A stretch of DNA of 64,000 nt. Origin: Octopus bimaculoides. Taxonomy: Eukaryota. This document shows, piece after piece, positions 1 to 12,879 of the stretch (positions are counted from its first letter, which is position 1; every line of letters starts with the position of its first letter). The position numbers and the translations under genes are program-made. Where the stretch lies: the NCBI RefSeq assembly GCF_001194135.2, contig NC_068992.1:60984289-61048288 (forward strand), read 5' to 3'. Under the pieces are notes generated by a model. That model made no database searches. It was not told the DNA's origin and saw only the letters and a list, made by a program, of their open reading frames with translations.

Positions 1-462
1 GTTAGCTGTGATATCATTGGATTTCCCTAATTAGAAAACTAAATTATCCAGTTTCATCATCAGAAATTCAACCTTCCTCAATGTGTCTAATAAATACATT
101 CGTCACAATATTTGCAAAATCTACTAAATATTCACAGATGCTAAATGAAGACTAGTAACAAATATGGCTGAATGCCTTCACATTTCCTTAACAAATTGGT
201 TAACAGGAAATGGTTTTAAATGGAACTGTCACTGACCTTATCTTTGTTTTTTTTTTTGTTTTTTTGGTTTTTTTTTTGCAATGGCTAACATGTAAGCACA
301 GGTGTAGTTAAAAAGCCTGTTATCCAACCATGCAGCCGTGGGTTCAGTCCCATTGTACAGCAACTTGGACAAGTGTCATTTACTGTAATCCTAGGCCGAC
401 TGAAGCCATGTGAGTAGATTTGGTTGACAAAAACTTTGTCATATGTGTGCACACGTCGTCAT

Positions 463-738
463 CATCATCATTTAACGTCCAGCTTCCAAGCTGAATTGGG
501 TGGAACTGTTTGAGAGGAGCCAGTCAGGCAGAAGCCTGCACTAGACTTCTGTCTCTATTCTGGCAGGATTTTTTATGACCGAATGCTCTTGCTAACACCA
601 ACCACCCACCCAGCAGAGTGGACTGAGTGCTTTTTATGTGGCACTAACATGGGCAAAGTCAGTTTTGGCAAGGTTTTTACAGCTTGATGCCCTTCCAAAT
701 GCCAACTACTTCATAGTGTGGACTGGATGCTTCTTAAG
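463..738 (-). mobile_element. (GAT)n-tailed SINE-type repeat, interrupted at 739 and resuming near 1082-1130
   Basis: TCATCATCATCATTTAACGTCC...GATGCCCTTCCAAATGCCAAC resembles other copies in the window (5090-5350, 16085-16420, 21640-21830, 44280-44522). Confidence 0.7.
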
Positions 739-1085
739 TTTATCATTTTCTTGTTTCAGTCTTTGGACTGTGGTCATGTTGAGGTACCAGCTCAAGGGTT
801 TAGTTGAACAAATCGACCCCAGGGCTTATTCTATTTTAAAGTCCGGTAGGTATTTTTTCAGTCTCCTTTGCTGAACGACAAAGTTAGTGGGATGTAAACA
901 CCAGCTGTCGAGCAGTGAGAAAAACATGCATGTATATGTGCATATATAATAATAATTGATGAAGGAAATGGAAAATAGATTTAGCACTAGTCTTTATTCA
1001 GTTCGACGATCATGTCGACCCATCCTGCAACTGTCTATTATGGGTAGGATTCTGTGCATCTAATAGTATTACATCAATCTGTGCA
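739..1085. repeat. Left arm of a 347-bp inverted duplication
   Basis: Reverse complement of 3297-3643, with no mismatch found by eye; the ORF track also shows the same peptide tail on opposite strands. Confidence 0.95.
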
Positions 1086-1584
1086 CTGACAGGGTCACCG
1101 AGTAACTTGCAAGAGAAAAATCTTTTGAGAGGAGGTGATCTTATGTCAGATGATGAAAGATTATAGTGAGACAGAAGCAGGTGTCTTACAGTAGAGGAGG
1201 TACAAGGTTACCTGGCTGGAGAGAGAGAGAGCGCACGAGTTCAGTAATGAGGACAGAAACAGGTGTGCTGCTGTAAAGGAGATACATGGTTATCCAACCT
1301 GAGGGAAGAGCAGAAGGAAAGAGAGAGAGAGAGAGAGTGGGAGACAGCAGGAGAGAGAGGGTGGCAAAGTGCCAGGGTATACTCACAAGGGCCAGGGAGC
1401 AGAATATGAGATTGTCAAGTAAAAGAAGAGAGAGATACAGATGGTGGCAAAGTGCCAGGGTACACCTGTGAGGTTTGAAGGTCATAATGTAAGTGGCAGG
1501 ACATTACTAAAGAAGTGTGAGTAGAGAGTGGGGAAGGGCAATGCAGTGAATGGTGAAAACCTGGGTGTATAGAGGTGTAGGGCT

Positions 1585-1935
1585 ACCAGATAGCAATGAT
1601 AGAGAAACAGGGCTTTGAGGACAGGATTGGAGAGTTAGATGTGAGTATAGCGCATGAAGGAGGAAATGTGAGGAAGAGAAGAGACGAAACATAGAGATGT
1701 AGTTTGGTTTGTTCTGGTAGGGTGTGTGAAAGTTTTCTTGTTACGTGGGTGGAACACACTGGTCGGTGGCTAGCAGATAACAATGATACAGTGAAAGAGG
1801 GCCATGAGAACAGGATTGGGGAGTGAGAGGTAATAATAGTGAATGAAAGAGGAAATGTGAGAAAGAGATGAAGTTTGGTTTGTTGGGGTAGGGCGTAAGA
1901 AAGATTTTCTTGTTACATGTGGGTGAAATACAGCG
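1585..1935. repeat. Two degenerate tandem units of about 190 bp
   Basis: CAATGATA...ACAGGATTGGG...GGAAATGTGAG...AGTTTGGTTTGTT...TTTTCTTGTTAC occurs twice in tandem. Confidence 0.7.
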
Positions 1936-1949
1936 CTACTAGAACTTAG

Positions 1950-2690
1950 TTTCACTGATGTGGGCGGGTCTTCTCAAGAACCTCATATCGCCCAACATCA
2001 CAGTCCATTGTCATTTCCTCTGTGAAGCCAGTCTTTACCACTTCATCTCATCTTCCTGGGTAGCATCCACTTTCAGTGATCAGCACTTCTTTATGCAGCT
2101 GTCCTCATTCATACACATCACATGTCCAAACCAATGTAGACTTCTCTTTTGCATGCTGCAGTTGATTCCTCTCATGCCAGACTTTTTTCTCAATACACTT
2201 GCACTCTGTCATACATTGACACTGATGTTGTACATCCGACAGAGTACACTGCCTTCATTTCTCTCCAGTCTACACATGTCTTCTGCATTCAGGGAGTATA
2301 GCCATTTGTACACAAGCATCATACAGTCTACCTTTCACTCTGAAAGAAAATCCTTTTGCTGCCAACAGAGGTAATAGCTCTGAACTTCCTCCATCCTATT
2401 CTTATTCTAGAAACAATACATTCAGAGCACCCTCCACCATTGCTAATTTGGTCAGCTAGGTAACAGAAACTACCTACAACCTCAAGAGAGCTTCCTGGGC
2501 ATTTGAGAGAATCTAAGTCCCATGTGCTCTTAGTGCTTATTGTTCCTGCACATCTGCCATGTATGGAGACAACTATCTTTTAATCTACCTGTGATTCCAC
2601 TGCACCTCTTATGTGTCCATAGCTTACACTGGGTGTAGCAAATGGAATTTCTTCCAACTCCTTTCCTACATATTAAGCAGGGTCATTTAC
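1950..2690 (-). mobile_element. RTE-clade LINE 3' remnant
   Basis: Minus strand encodes degenerate RLHWFGHVM-type post-RT sequence; 2480-2690 matches the plus-strand RTE remnant at about 37980-38330. Confidence 0.7.
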
Positions 2691-2744
2691 CCGACACATA
2701 GATGTATATGTATATATATATATATATATATATAGATCGCTGAC

Positions 2745-2915
2745 CACTACATTTATATTTTTTTCTCCTTGTTTCTTTCTGTGTTCCTTTCAGTTGAAGA
2801 GCGTAGCTCGAAACGTCAAAGACTTTCTCTATTCCCGAGCGTTAAACTAATACATCCATTTGTTGTTTACACCACTTGTCTTCGTCTGTTGTTTGTTTCG
2901 TAAATTCTTCCATAT
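2745..2915. mobile_element. Possible Penelope-like element terminal fragment between TA microsatellites
   Basis: TTGAAGAGCGTAGCTCGAAACGTC resembles a degenerate minimal hammerhead core (CUGANGA...GAAAC-GUC) as found in PLE pseudo-LTRs; stem I does not pair cleanly. Confidence 0.35.
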
Positions 2916-3296
2916 ATATATATTTAGATATATACATACACACATATTTTTATGTGTGTGTGTGTGTGTGTGTGTGTGCGCGTGTATTCATGAGTGGGAG
3001 TGCACACCCCTCCCCGTTAACTTAAATGTAATCTTACTTTGATAGGTTGTACCCTCTATATTTTAAGATCATGATTTTAATTTTGTTATATACCCACAGA
3101 CAACTACAGCTGGTCATAACTAAAGTACAGCAGACACGAATAACATACCTAGGACATTTCAGCATATCTAGCAGGACATCCCCTTCTTTATGCACACACA
3201 CCTGATGTGACAAATTCATCCCAGAGCTAAGTAATTACAAGAAACTGCAAGATAATTTCAACAATGGTGAAGAAAATATTACTGAGTCAGCGAAGC

Positions 3297-3643
3297 TGCA
3301 CAGATTGATGTAATACTATTAGATGCACAGAATCCTACCCATAATAGACAGTTGCAGGATGGGTCGACATGATCGTCGAACTGAATAAAGACTAGTGCTA
3401 AATCTATTTTCCATTTCCTTCATCAATTATTATTATATATGCACATATACATGCATGTTTTTCTCACTGCTCGACAGCTGGTGTTTACATCCCACTAACT
3501 TTGTCGTTCAGCAAAGGAGACTGAAAAAATACCTACCGGACTTTAAAATAGAATAAGCCCTGGGGTCGATTTGTTCAACTAAACCCTTGAGCTGGTACCT
3601 CAACATGACCACAGTCCAAAGACTGAAACAAGAAAATGATAAA
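3297..3643. repeat. Right arm (probable donor) of the 347-bp inverted duplication
   Basis: Reverse complement of 739-1085; contains a SINE end in its native context. Confidence 0.95.
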
Positions 3644-4479
3644 AGATAGTAACCATTTAAAGTATGTTTATTTCTGTTGTTACTCTTCTCATTGAAAAGA
3701 TGAAGAGATTCTCTAAGAAATGGTCTGTTTTTGCCCACATTTAATCATTTGGTGTGTGAAGCCCTAATGTTCACACAGATATTTCCCTGCTGATCTGTCT
3801 AAAGCACACTACATTTTGTAGATGCAACATCATAGCAAATCTCTTACCTTTTGTTTGCTTCAGTCATTAGACTGCAGCCATCCTGGGGCACTGCCTTGAA
3901 AGGTTTAATCTAACAAATCAATCCCAATCCTTATTTTAAGGTCTGGTACATATTTTATCAGTCGCTTTTGCAAAACTACAAGAATGTAAACAAACCAACA
4001 CCCGTTGTCAGGCGGTAAGGGCAAATACAACACACACACACTGGGCTTCGTATAGTTTCCGTCCATCAAATCCACTCACAAGACTTTGGCCAGTCCAGAG
4101 CTATTATAAAAGACTTGCCCAAAGAGCCACACAGTGGAATTGAACCTAGAACCATGTAGTTGCAAAGCAAACTTCTTACCCCACAAGCACGCCTGTGCCC
4201 TTTATGTGACATCATTACCAGTACTTTTCACGTGGCACCGCCATCAGTAGTTTTTAAGAGTGCTTTCTTCACCCCAGTGATTGAGGTTTTCGAATTTTGG
4301 CCAGTCTTATATGATGCAATGTTTCAACTTCCTCATTATTTCACATCCCTTTGCCTTAGACAAATGAATGTGTATGTATGTATGTATGTATGTATGTATG
4401 TATGTATGTATATATNNNNNNNNNNNNNNNNNNNNNNNNNNNNNNNNNNNNNNNNNNNNNNNNNNNNNNNNNNNNNNNN

Positions 4480-4516
<37 letters not shown>

Positions 4517-4658
4517 TATGTATTTATTTTATCCTAATAAATAATTCGGATAGAATAAATGGGTTAATAGAAACCAAGGTAGCAAAGATCACAAAATAAC
4601 TATGGTGTAATTCCTGTTAGTGAGGCAGAAACTCCTTGATATTTTGGGTATTTGAGTA

Positions 4659-4911
4659 TATATAAAAATTTAAGGAATGGAGTAAACGCATGGTATAACT
4701 GCATACTTTATTCCGACATATGTTTCGAAGAATTACAATTTATTCGATCCATAGCTTGGAAGTTTGTTCTCCAGTTATTCACTGGGTGTCAACCATTATT
4801 TTCAGTAATGTATTAAATAGGATCGAATAAATTGTAATTCTTCGAAACATATGTCGGAATAAAGTATGCAGTTATACCATGCGTTTACTCCATTCCTTAA
4901 ATTTTTATATA
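4659..4911. repeat. Hairpin with 92-bp perfect arms (4659-4750 / 4820-4911) and a 69-bp spacer
   Basis: Direct base-by-base complementarity of the arms; the spacer recurs at 5357-5423. Confidence 0.93.
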
Positions 4912-6411
4912 CACACACACACACACACACGTGTGTGTGTATTCTAGAAGGCAAAAGGATGTGAAATAATGAGGAAGTTGAAAGTACATGACTTCAATTA
5001 GTGTGTTGAAATATTGCATCATATAACAAGAATGGCCAAAATTGGAAAACATCAATCACTGGGGTGAAAAAAAAAGCACTTGTGATGGTACCTCTTAAAA
5101 AGTACTGATGACAATGTAACGTGAAAGGGACTGGTGATAGTGCCACATGAAAAGCACCGGTGGTGGTGCCACATGAAAAGCTGCCATACAAAAAGCACCC
5201 AGTGCACTCTGGAGTGGTCGGTGTTGGAAAGGCATCCTGCTGTTGGGACCAAGCCAAAACAGACTATGGAACTTAATGTGGACCCTAGCCTTGCCAGTCC
5301 CTGTCAAACCATCCAACCCATGCCAGCATAGAAAACAGACGTGATGATCAATGTGTTAGCTTGGAAGTTTGTTCTCCAGTTATTCACTGGGTGTCAACCA
5401 TTATTTTCAGTAATGTATTAAATGTTGCCATTAGTTTATATTTGGATAAAACATTTCAAAATTTCTCAGAGGCAATAAATGAATGCATGAATGGATGGAT
5501 GCGAGAGAAAGACCCCCCCCCCCTAGTCTGTGTTTGGATATCTCTCTAGAAAGAAATACTGAAATGACATCATCGCAAAGCTCCAGATCTCACGTTTTGG
5601 ATTATTTGGCTTTGAAGGTGAGAGAAGCTATTATTGAAGTTTCAGCATAAGAATTGCCGAGAGCCAGTCTAGCATAACAATTTGTCAGTGGTGGTCATAC
5701 TTGCTTGAGTTGACAGCCACCATAGGTATGTGTGAGTGAATAAGGTTAAAAAGTGTTTAATAAATTAGAATAATTCCTGAAATCCTGCTCGAATTAACGT
5801 TTAAAACACTAAAATAATTGGCAACACTCCTATTTAAGTCATCTATCTCTTATTACATGAAAAATAAAGCACTTGTGTGCTAGCTTGACCAATTATGATT
5901 TTTAAGGGGAAATAGCTGATGGAAGTCAGGTAAATTAATGAATTTGTTCTATTCCCTACAATGACACTTATCTTCCGTGTTATACCATCAAGCCTTTCCT
6001 AACATCAATCTTTACTTTTCCAAGCAAAGTAGTATTTCCTGGAAGCCAGGCCATTTTTTGTAAATTTGTACAATGGTGACATTCATCTGCAACCATCACG
6101 CAGCCACTTTGGTAATTTCCTACTTTAACGTTGTAAATTTTGAAAATTTTATTGTATGCGTTAAGGAACGATATCAGTCGTAAATATTTTGATATCTTTT
6201 TATATAATCTTTGAATCGTAGGATGGTATAACTACAGGGTTTTACCCCGTAGGATAATTAAAATGCGTAGCAATTTTACTTAGTTAATGCAACCTACATT
6301 TTATATATATTTTTTAATTTAATTTTAATGGTGCAAATAATCAATTTACAAGGTTAAAATAAGACTTAGTTTTTAACCGGATTTTCCAGGTTTCTTTGTC
6401 ATTCCTGTGCC

Positions 6412-6754
6412 ACATGTGGGCGGATGTAAAGAATATGGACCGCATCACCCTTTCGTCTTTTGTTTTTTTTCATTTTACAGAATCCCCTCATTTTCGAGTA
6501 CGGAGATTCTAACTGCAAAAAAAAAATCTTAATTCCCCGCACCCCAAAAAATTCAATTTTCACTTTTTTTCAGAAATCTTTTTGCGAAATACGTAGAAAA
6601 ATAATCTCCGTATTTTCCTACGCATTCGCAAAAAAAAGAAAATTCTGAGAAAATTGAAGAATTGGGGGGGGGGGGTTAAACTTTTAAAAGCCGTTTTGTT
6701 TTGCAGAATTAGAATCTCCGTACTCGAAAGGGGGTGCGGTCCACCCCACATGTG
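6412..6754. mobile_element. Imperfect foldback/MITE-like palindrome, about 340 bp
   Basis: Nested complementary pairs: TGGACCGCA..CCCTTTCG / CGAAAGGG..TGCGGTCCA; CGAGTACGGAGATTCTAA / TTAGAATCTCCGTACTCG; TACGTAGAAAAATA / TATTTTCCTACGCA. Confidence 0.75.
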
Positions 6755-6770
6755 TATATGTACATAATTT

Positions 6771-6947
6771 CAGAGTGGCCCAAAAAGTAGGTAGACACGT
6801 TAGAATTTAAAAGAAAAATGAAACCACAATACAAGTCTCAGTATAAAATAAAATAAAAAATAGTACCAAACAGGTTTAAAGAATGTTGTAATGAAATTAA
6901 TCATACTAAAATAAATTGTAGTGTGTACCTACTTTTGCGGTACCCTG
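6771..6947. mobile_element. Tc1/mariner-type MITE
   Basis: TIRs CAGAGTGGCCCAAAAAGTAGGTAGACAC and GTGTGTACCTACTTTTGCGGTACCCTG, followed by TA on the right. Confidence 0.7.
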
Positions 6948-7492
6948 TAAGCGGACGGGTATGAAGGAAATTAAGGCGGACTTTGGGAATCAGAATTTCT
7001 CCGTTTTAGCATCCAACATTTGGTGCCCCAGAAAAGAGTATTTTTTAATGAGATTTTAATACAAACTGTTCAGATGCAGATTACAATTATATCGGAAATT
7101 TGGTGAGACACCGCCATGTAGACATGCATTTGTAGAATTAAAATTATCCGTTTTGCTCATCAACAAAGGTCGGGATAAATTATATACAATACGTAAAATG
7201 TCTGTAAGTGAGGTTGAAGGAGGGGAACTGAGCGACGATTCTGCATCACACCATTATCCAAATGTTTTTTTTTCGTTTTTGATCTTAAAACATACGGAGT
7301 CCATCTCAGCAGGACTTGAATGTTTATGGGGAGGAGAAACGTTAGTCTAGCAAACGAAGAGTGAAGCATCCACAACGAGGAGACAATAAAATCCAAATTC
7401 GCCTTAAATGTTATGATGGGTGTGAGCATATTTTTTTTTTTAATCTAAAGCGCATATCAATAGATTGAAATTACTATCAGTAGAAAATGGAT

Positions 7493-7508
7493 GGTCCTGA
7501 AAAGGACC
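7493..7508 (-). promoter_or_regulatory. Histone 3' stem-loop of H2B (GGTCCT-TTTC-AGGACC)
   Basis: Canonical 6-bp stem and 4-nt loop, 34 nt downstream of the stop codon. Confidence 0.93.
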
Positions 7509-7542
7509 GGTTATTCTTCGATGGACAGAGTCCGTTGTTGAT

Positions 7543-7920
7543 TTACTTGCTGCTGGTGTATTTCGTGACAGCCTTGGTACCCTCAGACACCGCATGCTTG
7601 GCCAACTCGCCAGGGAGTAGTAGACGGACAGCAGTTTGTACCTCACGGCTACTAATGGTTGATCGTTTGTTGTAGTGAGCCAAACGGCTAGCTTCAGAAG
7701 CTATTCTTTCGAACAGATCGTTGACGAAACTGTTCATAATGGACATAGCTTTGCTGGAGATACCAGTATCCGGATGGACTTGCTTCATCACTTTGTAGAT
7801 GTAGATTGAGTAGCTTTCCTTCCTTCTCTTCTTGCGCTTCTTATCACCAGCAGGACGAGAGGCTTTAGCCTTAGAAGCTTTCTTGGCTCCTTTCGAAGCG
7901 GTTGCTGGTGCTGGTGGCAT
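7543..7920 (-). CDS. H2B: Histone H2B, 125 aa, intronless
   Basis: [14 protein letters not shown]...[26 protein letters not shown]...[10 protein letters not shown]; ATG at 7920 (the 8022 extension in the ORF track is upstream sequence). Confidence 0.98.
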   Translation of the reverse strand: MPPAPATASKGAKKASKAKASRPAGDKKRKKRRKESYSIYIYKVMKQVHPDTGISSKAMSIMNSFVNDLFERIASEASRLAHYNKRSTISSREVQTAVRLLLPGELAKHAVSEGTKAVTKYTSSK

Positions 7921-8185
7921 AATGAAAATAGCGAGCAAATGAACAGCGCGACAGATATTCGATTTGCAGCTGAAAGTAGGCTCACAGCAGCTTCTTGTTG
8001 AAGATGCGTACTCGATTTTCATTGGTTAAATTTAACAAATGGCCAAACCACGTGATAAAAGCCCGCGCATTTTCACTTCTATTTCGGCTGACTGCTGGAG
8101 CCTACTAGAATAGTATTTAAACCCGAAAAGCATGAAATATATTGCATTTGCTGTTTAACACTTTGATCTGCTATTTTCTACAATT
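7921..8185. promoter_or_regulatory. Divergent H2B/H2A promoter (265 bp)
   Basis: Lies between head-to-head ATGs; contains ATTGG (CCAAT), CACGTG and a TATTTAAA TATA-like element upstream of H2A. Confidence 0.75.
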
Positions 8186-8563
8186 ATGTCTGGACGTGGT
8201 AAAGGAGGTAAAGTGAAAGGGAAGAGCAAGACTCGTTCGTCTCGTGCTGGACTGCAGTTCCCTGTCGGCCGTATCCACCGTCTTCTCCGTAAGGGGAACT
8301 ATGCCCAACGTGTTGGTGCCGGAGCTCCAGTATACCTGGCTGCTGTAATGGAATATTTGGCTGCCGAAGTGTTGGAATTGGCAGGAAATGCTGCCAGAGA
8401 CAACAAGAAATCCAGAATTATTCCCCGTCACTTACAGTTGGCCATCCGTAATGACGAAGAGTTGAACAAATTTTTGTCAGGAGTCACCATTGCCCAAGGT
8501 GGTGTTCTTCCTAACATTCAGGCTGTTCTTCTCCCCAAGAAGACCCACAAGCCTTCAAAGTAA
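8186..8563 (+). CDS. H2A: Histone H2A, 125 aa, intronless
   Basis: MSGRGKGGK...[10 protein letters not shown]...[20 protein letters not shown]; no SQ(E/D)Y C-terminal motif, so not H2A.X. Confidence 0.98.
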   Translation: MSGRGKGGKVKGKSKTRSSRAGLQFPVGRIHRLLRKGNYAQRVGAGAPVYLAAVMEYLAAEVLELAGNAARDNKKSRIIPRHLQLAIRNDEELNKFLSGVTIAQGGVLPNIQAVLLPKKTHKPSK

Positions 8564-8597
8564 AGGTCATTTTGTGGAGGCGTTCAGTTTGCCAAAC

Positions 8598-8613
8598 GGC
8601 CCTTTTCAGGGCC
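8598..8613 (+). promoter_or_regulatory. Histone 3' stem-loop of H2A (GGCCCT-TTTC-AGGGCC)
   Basis: Canonical sequence preceded by CCAAAC. Confidence 0.95.
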
Positions 8614-9540
8614 CCTACATTATATACGTAGTCTTTTAGCCGATTATCTGCACTTGCGATTTTTATGAAATTTTTAGTCAGTTGCAGTATTTTCCACGAT
8701 ACCGAAATTTCCTAGGAGACTTTTTTTTTTTTTTTGTCTGAGGGTATAGAATAAGAATTTGTAAAATAGGAATTGGGGTTAGTAAATCAGCCATATATTG
8801 TGGGCCCCACCCCGATTTATTCTAAATAGAGATAAGCAGTCTGTCAGTGTAGGCTCTGATTATATCGGGATTTGGAAATATTCAAAACGAGGAAGCTCCT
8901 AGGTCTGACATCGTGTTGTACACTATGACTCGCTGCTCCCGAAGGATTTTTCACATCATCAGTTAAAGGGAATACTGCGGAACAAATTGCCGCAGTTTTT
9001 TAACGAGTTGAGAGCGTTCTACCCGCCCACTGAAGTTAGGTTTCACTAACTTTGAGTCAAATAACTTGATGTTCTTGGAACTCACGTACATATCTTTACA
9101 TGCATTCACTCAAAGCCCAGCATAAAAATTTAACCCGCAAAAACACAATTATTAAATAATTGAACACAGAAAATACGCTTAATTATTTTACCACAGTTAG
9201 GAAATTATCCCACTCGCTTCTAACCCATTACACTGTTCTTGACTCGTAAAGCTTGCAATAAAAATTTTAATTACACAAGTTATTAGGTATGACCACTCAA
9301 CTTGCTAGAAATAGCAGCCGGTCAATATAAAAACCTTCACCCGGGAACAAAAAAGAAATAAACCAGCCTAAGTTAACAAGTGTATGGGGGGAAAAATGCA
9401 CGCTGACGACCCTAGAGGTGGGGAGGGACTTTCGGAAAATTCACAAGATCCGATTTTTCCGTCATAACTTCGGGTAAAATGGATATATATTAATTTTTTT
9501 TTTTTTTTTATACGGAATCACACGGTTTTGGTTATGGAGG

Positions 9541-10215
9541 NNNNNNNNNNNNNNNNNNNNNNNNNNNNNNNNNNNNNNNNNNNNNNNNNNNNNNNNNNNN
9601 NNNNNNNNNNNNNNNNNNNNNNNNNNNNNNNNNNNNNNNNNNNNNNNNNNNNNNNNNNNNNNNNNNNNNNNNNNNNNNNNNNNNNNNNNNNNNNNNNNNN
9701 NNNNNNNNNNNNNNNNNNNNNNNNNNNNNNNNNNNNNNNNNNNNNNNNNNNNNNNNNNNNNNNNNNNNNNNNNNNNNNNNNNNNNNNNNNNNNNNNNNNN
9801 NNNNNNNNNNNNNNNNNNNNNNNNNNNNNNNNNNNNNNNNNNNNNNNNNNNNNNNNNNNNNNNNNNNNNNNNNNNNNNNNNNNNNNNNNNNNNNNNNNNN
9901 NNNNNNNNNNNNNNNNNNNNNNNNNNNNNNNNNNNNNNNNNNNNNNNNNNNNNNNNNNNNNNNNNNNNNNNNNNNNNNNNNNNNNNNNNNNNNNNNNNNN
10001 NNNNNNNNNNNNNNNNNNNNNNNNNNNNNNNNNNNNNNNNNNNNNNNNNNNNNNNNNNNNNNNNNNNNNNNNNNNNNNNNNNNNNNNNNNNNNNNNNNNN
10101 NNNNNNNNNNNNNNNNNNNNNNNNNNNNNNNNNNNNNNNNNNNNNNNNNNNNNNNNNNNNNNNNNNNNNNNNNNNNNNNNNNNNNNNNNNNNNNNNNNNN
10201 NNNNNNNNNNNNNNN
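9541..10215. other. Assembly gap inside the histone quartet (other gaps near 4416-4479, 39899-39909, 44554-44760, 48513-48663, 58658-58667)
   Basis: N runs. Confidence 0.99.
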
Positions 10216-10932
10216 TCATTTTTCACATTTAGACAGCTGGGAAATTTTGGGTCGGAGTTTTTCATAAAAACATATGAATTTGTGTTTATTCTTTACATTT
10301 TTTAATCTCCGTATTTTTCCACGTAGGTTGATGGATGGGGGGGGGGGCACTTGCCCATGCCACGCAGTGGGACTGAACCCGTAACCATGTGGTTGGTTAG
10401 CAAGCTACTTACTACACACACACACAGCCACATTTTACAAACCTATTTATTTTACAGAATCGTAATCCTATTTTTCTACGTATTTCGAAAAAAAAAAAAA
10501 AAATCCTGAAAACTCAGGAGTGGGGAGTAGTTCTAATTCACGTAACAGTTTCAAAATACACTTAATAGAAAACATTGCATTTTTCCTTAAGAAATAAAGA
10601 AGTGCTTAAAGTAACTAGGAATAATTTAGCTCAATAACGTAAACGTTAACACAAACCACGCTGAGAAATTTATATTTTGGTATTGTGGCCAAATAGACAG
10701 CCACAGAAATAAATCTGTTCGAAGCATTCACGGTAATACTTTTATAATATTAAAGTCAGATCTTTGCTCGGCGCCCGGTATTTAAGGTCTTTTGTTACGC
10801 CGAGAAGGGTGCTGTACATAGTCTTTATCTCCTCTAAGTTACTGAGTGAAATTTAAAGAACAAAACTTTAAGACAGCGGGTTAATGACGCATATTAGGAA
10901 ATCAGCGAGATGGCTTAAGTGCAAATTTTCAT

Positions 10933-10948
10933 GGCCCTTACAAGGGCC
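10933..10948 (-). promoter_or_regulatory. Histone 3' stem-loop of H4 with variant loop (GGCCCT-TGTA-AGGGCC)
   Basis: Perfect stem at the expected distance from the stop; loop reads UGUA. Confidence 0.88.
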
Positions 10949-10986
10949 GATTTTGTCATTAGCGTAATAGCAGTGGGATTTGAAAA

Positions 10987-11937
<951 letters not shown>

Positions 11938-11963
11938 ATGAGACTTTGCTATATTTCAACAAC

Positions 11964-11979
11964 GGCCCTTTTCAGGGCC
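11964..11979 (+). promoter_or_regulatory. Histone 3' stem-loop of H3 (GGCCCT-TTTC-AGGGCC)
   Basis: Canonical sequence preceded by AACAAC. Confidence 0.95.
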
Positions 11980-12359
11980 CATATTTTCTTCAGGAATGTC
12001 TTCTCGCTGCTTGTGTTTGTTTTCGATTTATTACAACTTTATTTATGCGTACAAAACTTTTCTATGCTACGTGAAGTGAAGTACCCTAACCACTTTTGTT
12101 ACGAGAGAGTCCTACTTTTACTCGCTTTCCCGCTAGAAGATAGTAACTGTCAGCATGAATTGCTTCAATAAAGCTGAAACTGCTTTAGCAGATGTCATTG
12201 CGAAGCAAACTAACATTTTTGTGCAATATAATGGCTAGTTTCTTACAGGACGAACTATTAAAAATCTTTTACTCTATGCATTTCATTGCTATCACTTTCA
12301 AACACCATAATTTTTTTTACCCGCTTCGCGGTAACTGTAGCATTTCGCTTCCGTTAGTT

Positions 12360-12396
<37 letters not shown>

Positions 12397-12879
12397 TTTA
12401 ATTTCCCACCAAGTGTTTACAAATGAATTTCTATTATCGCTGGTGTTACGTTCCAAAACACTGCGATAGATGAAAATACCTGAAGTACAGTACTGTACTA
12501 CACATTTTTATTTTTGTATATATTTTATTATCAATGCGAAACACCATGGAGTTATTGACGTAAGCTAAGTAATAGACCGAGATGGTGTGGGGTTAATGGA
12601 CATCTGGACTAGCATACTCGTGTCGTCAAGACTTACATGAGGTATACATGCATGTGGTCTGAATTCAAATTCCATCTACCAAATCCACTGAGAAGGCTTT
12701 TGTAGGGCCTAAGATATAGACTAACTATTAACAGAATATAGGCGTTGCTGTGGCTAGAAGCTGGCTTCCCTACTACATGGTCCTGGTGGCACCTTGGGCA
12801 AATGCCTTCTATATAGCTTCGCTATATACACAGGTTTATATACTCGTGTGAGTGCATGAATGTGTACGCACTCGTATGC

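Noticed and set aside
4700-4880. Complete hammerhead ribozyme in the 92-bp hairpin
   Set aside because: Only the GAAAC...GUC half is convincing; no CUGANGA core with a pairing stem I was found
7921-8022. 34-aa N-terminal extension of H2B in the ORF track
   Set aside because: It overlaps the shared promoter and leader, and the ATG at 7920 already gives a normal-length H2B
8974-9001. ACTGCGG/CCGCAGT stem followed by a T run (terminator-like)
   Set aside because: A 7-bp stem is expected by chance, and no upstream Pol III gene was identified
9462-10265. Long ORFs of 233-267 aa
   Set aside because: They consist of N gap characters (likewise 44456-45000 and 48473-48676)
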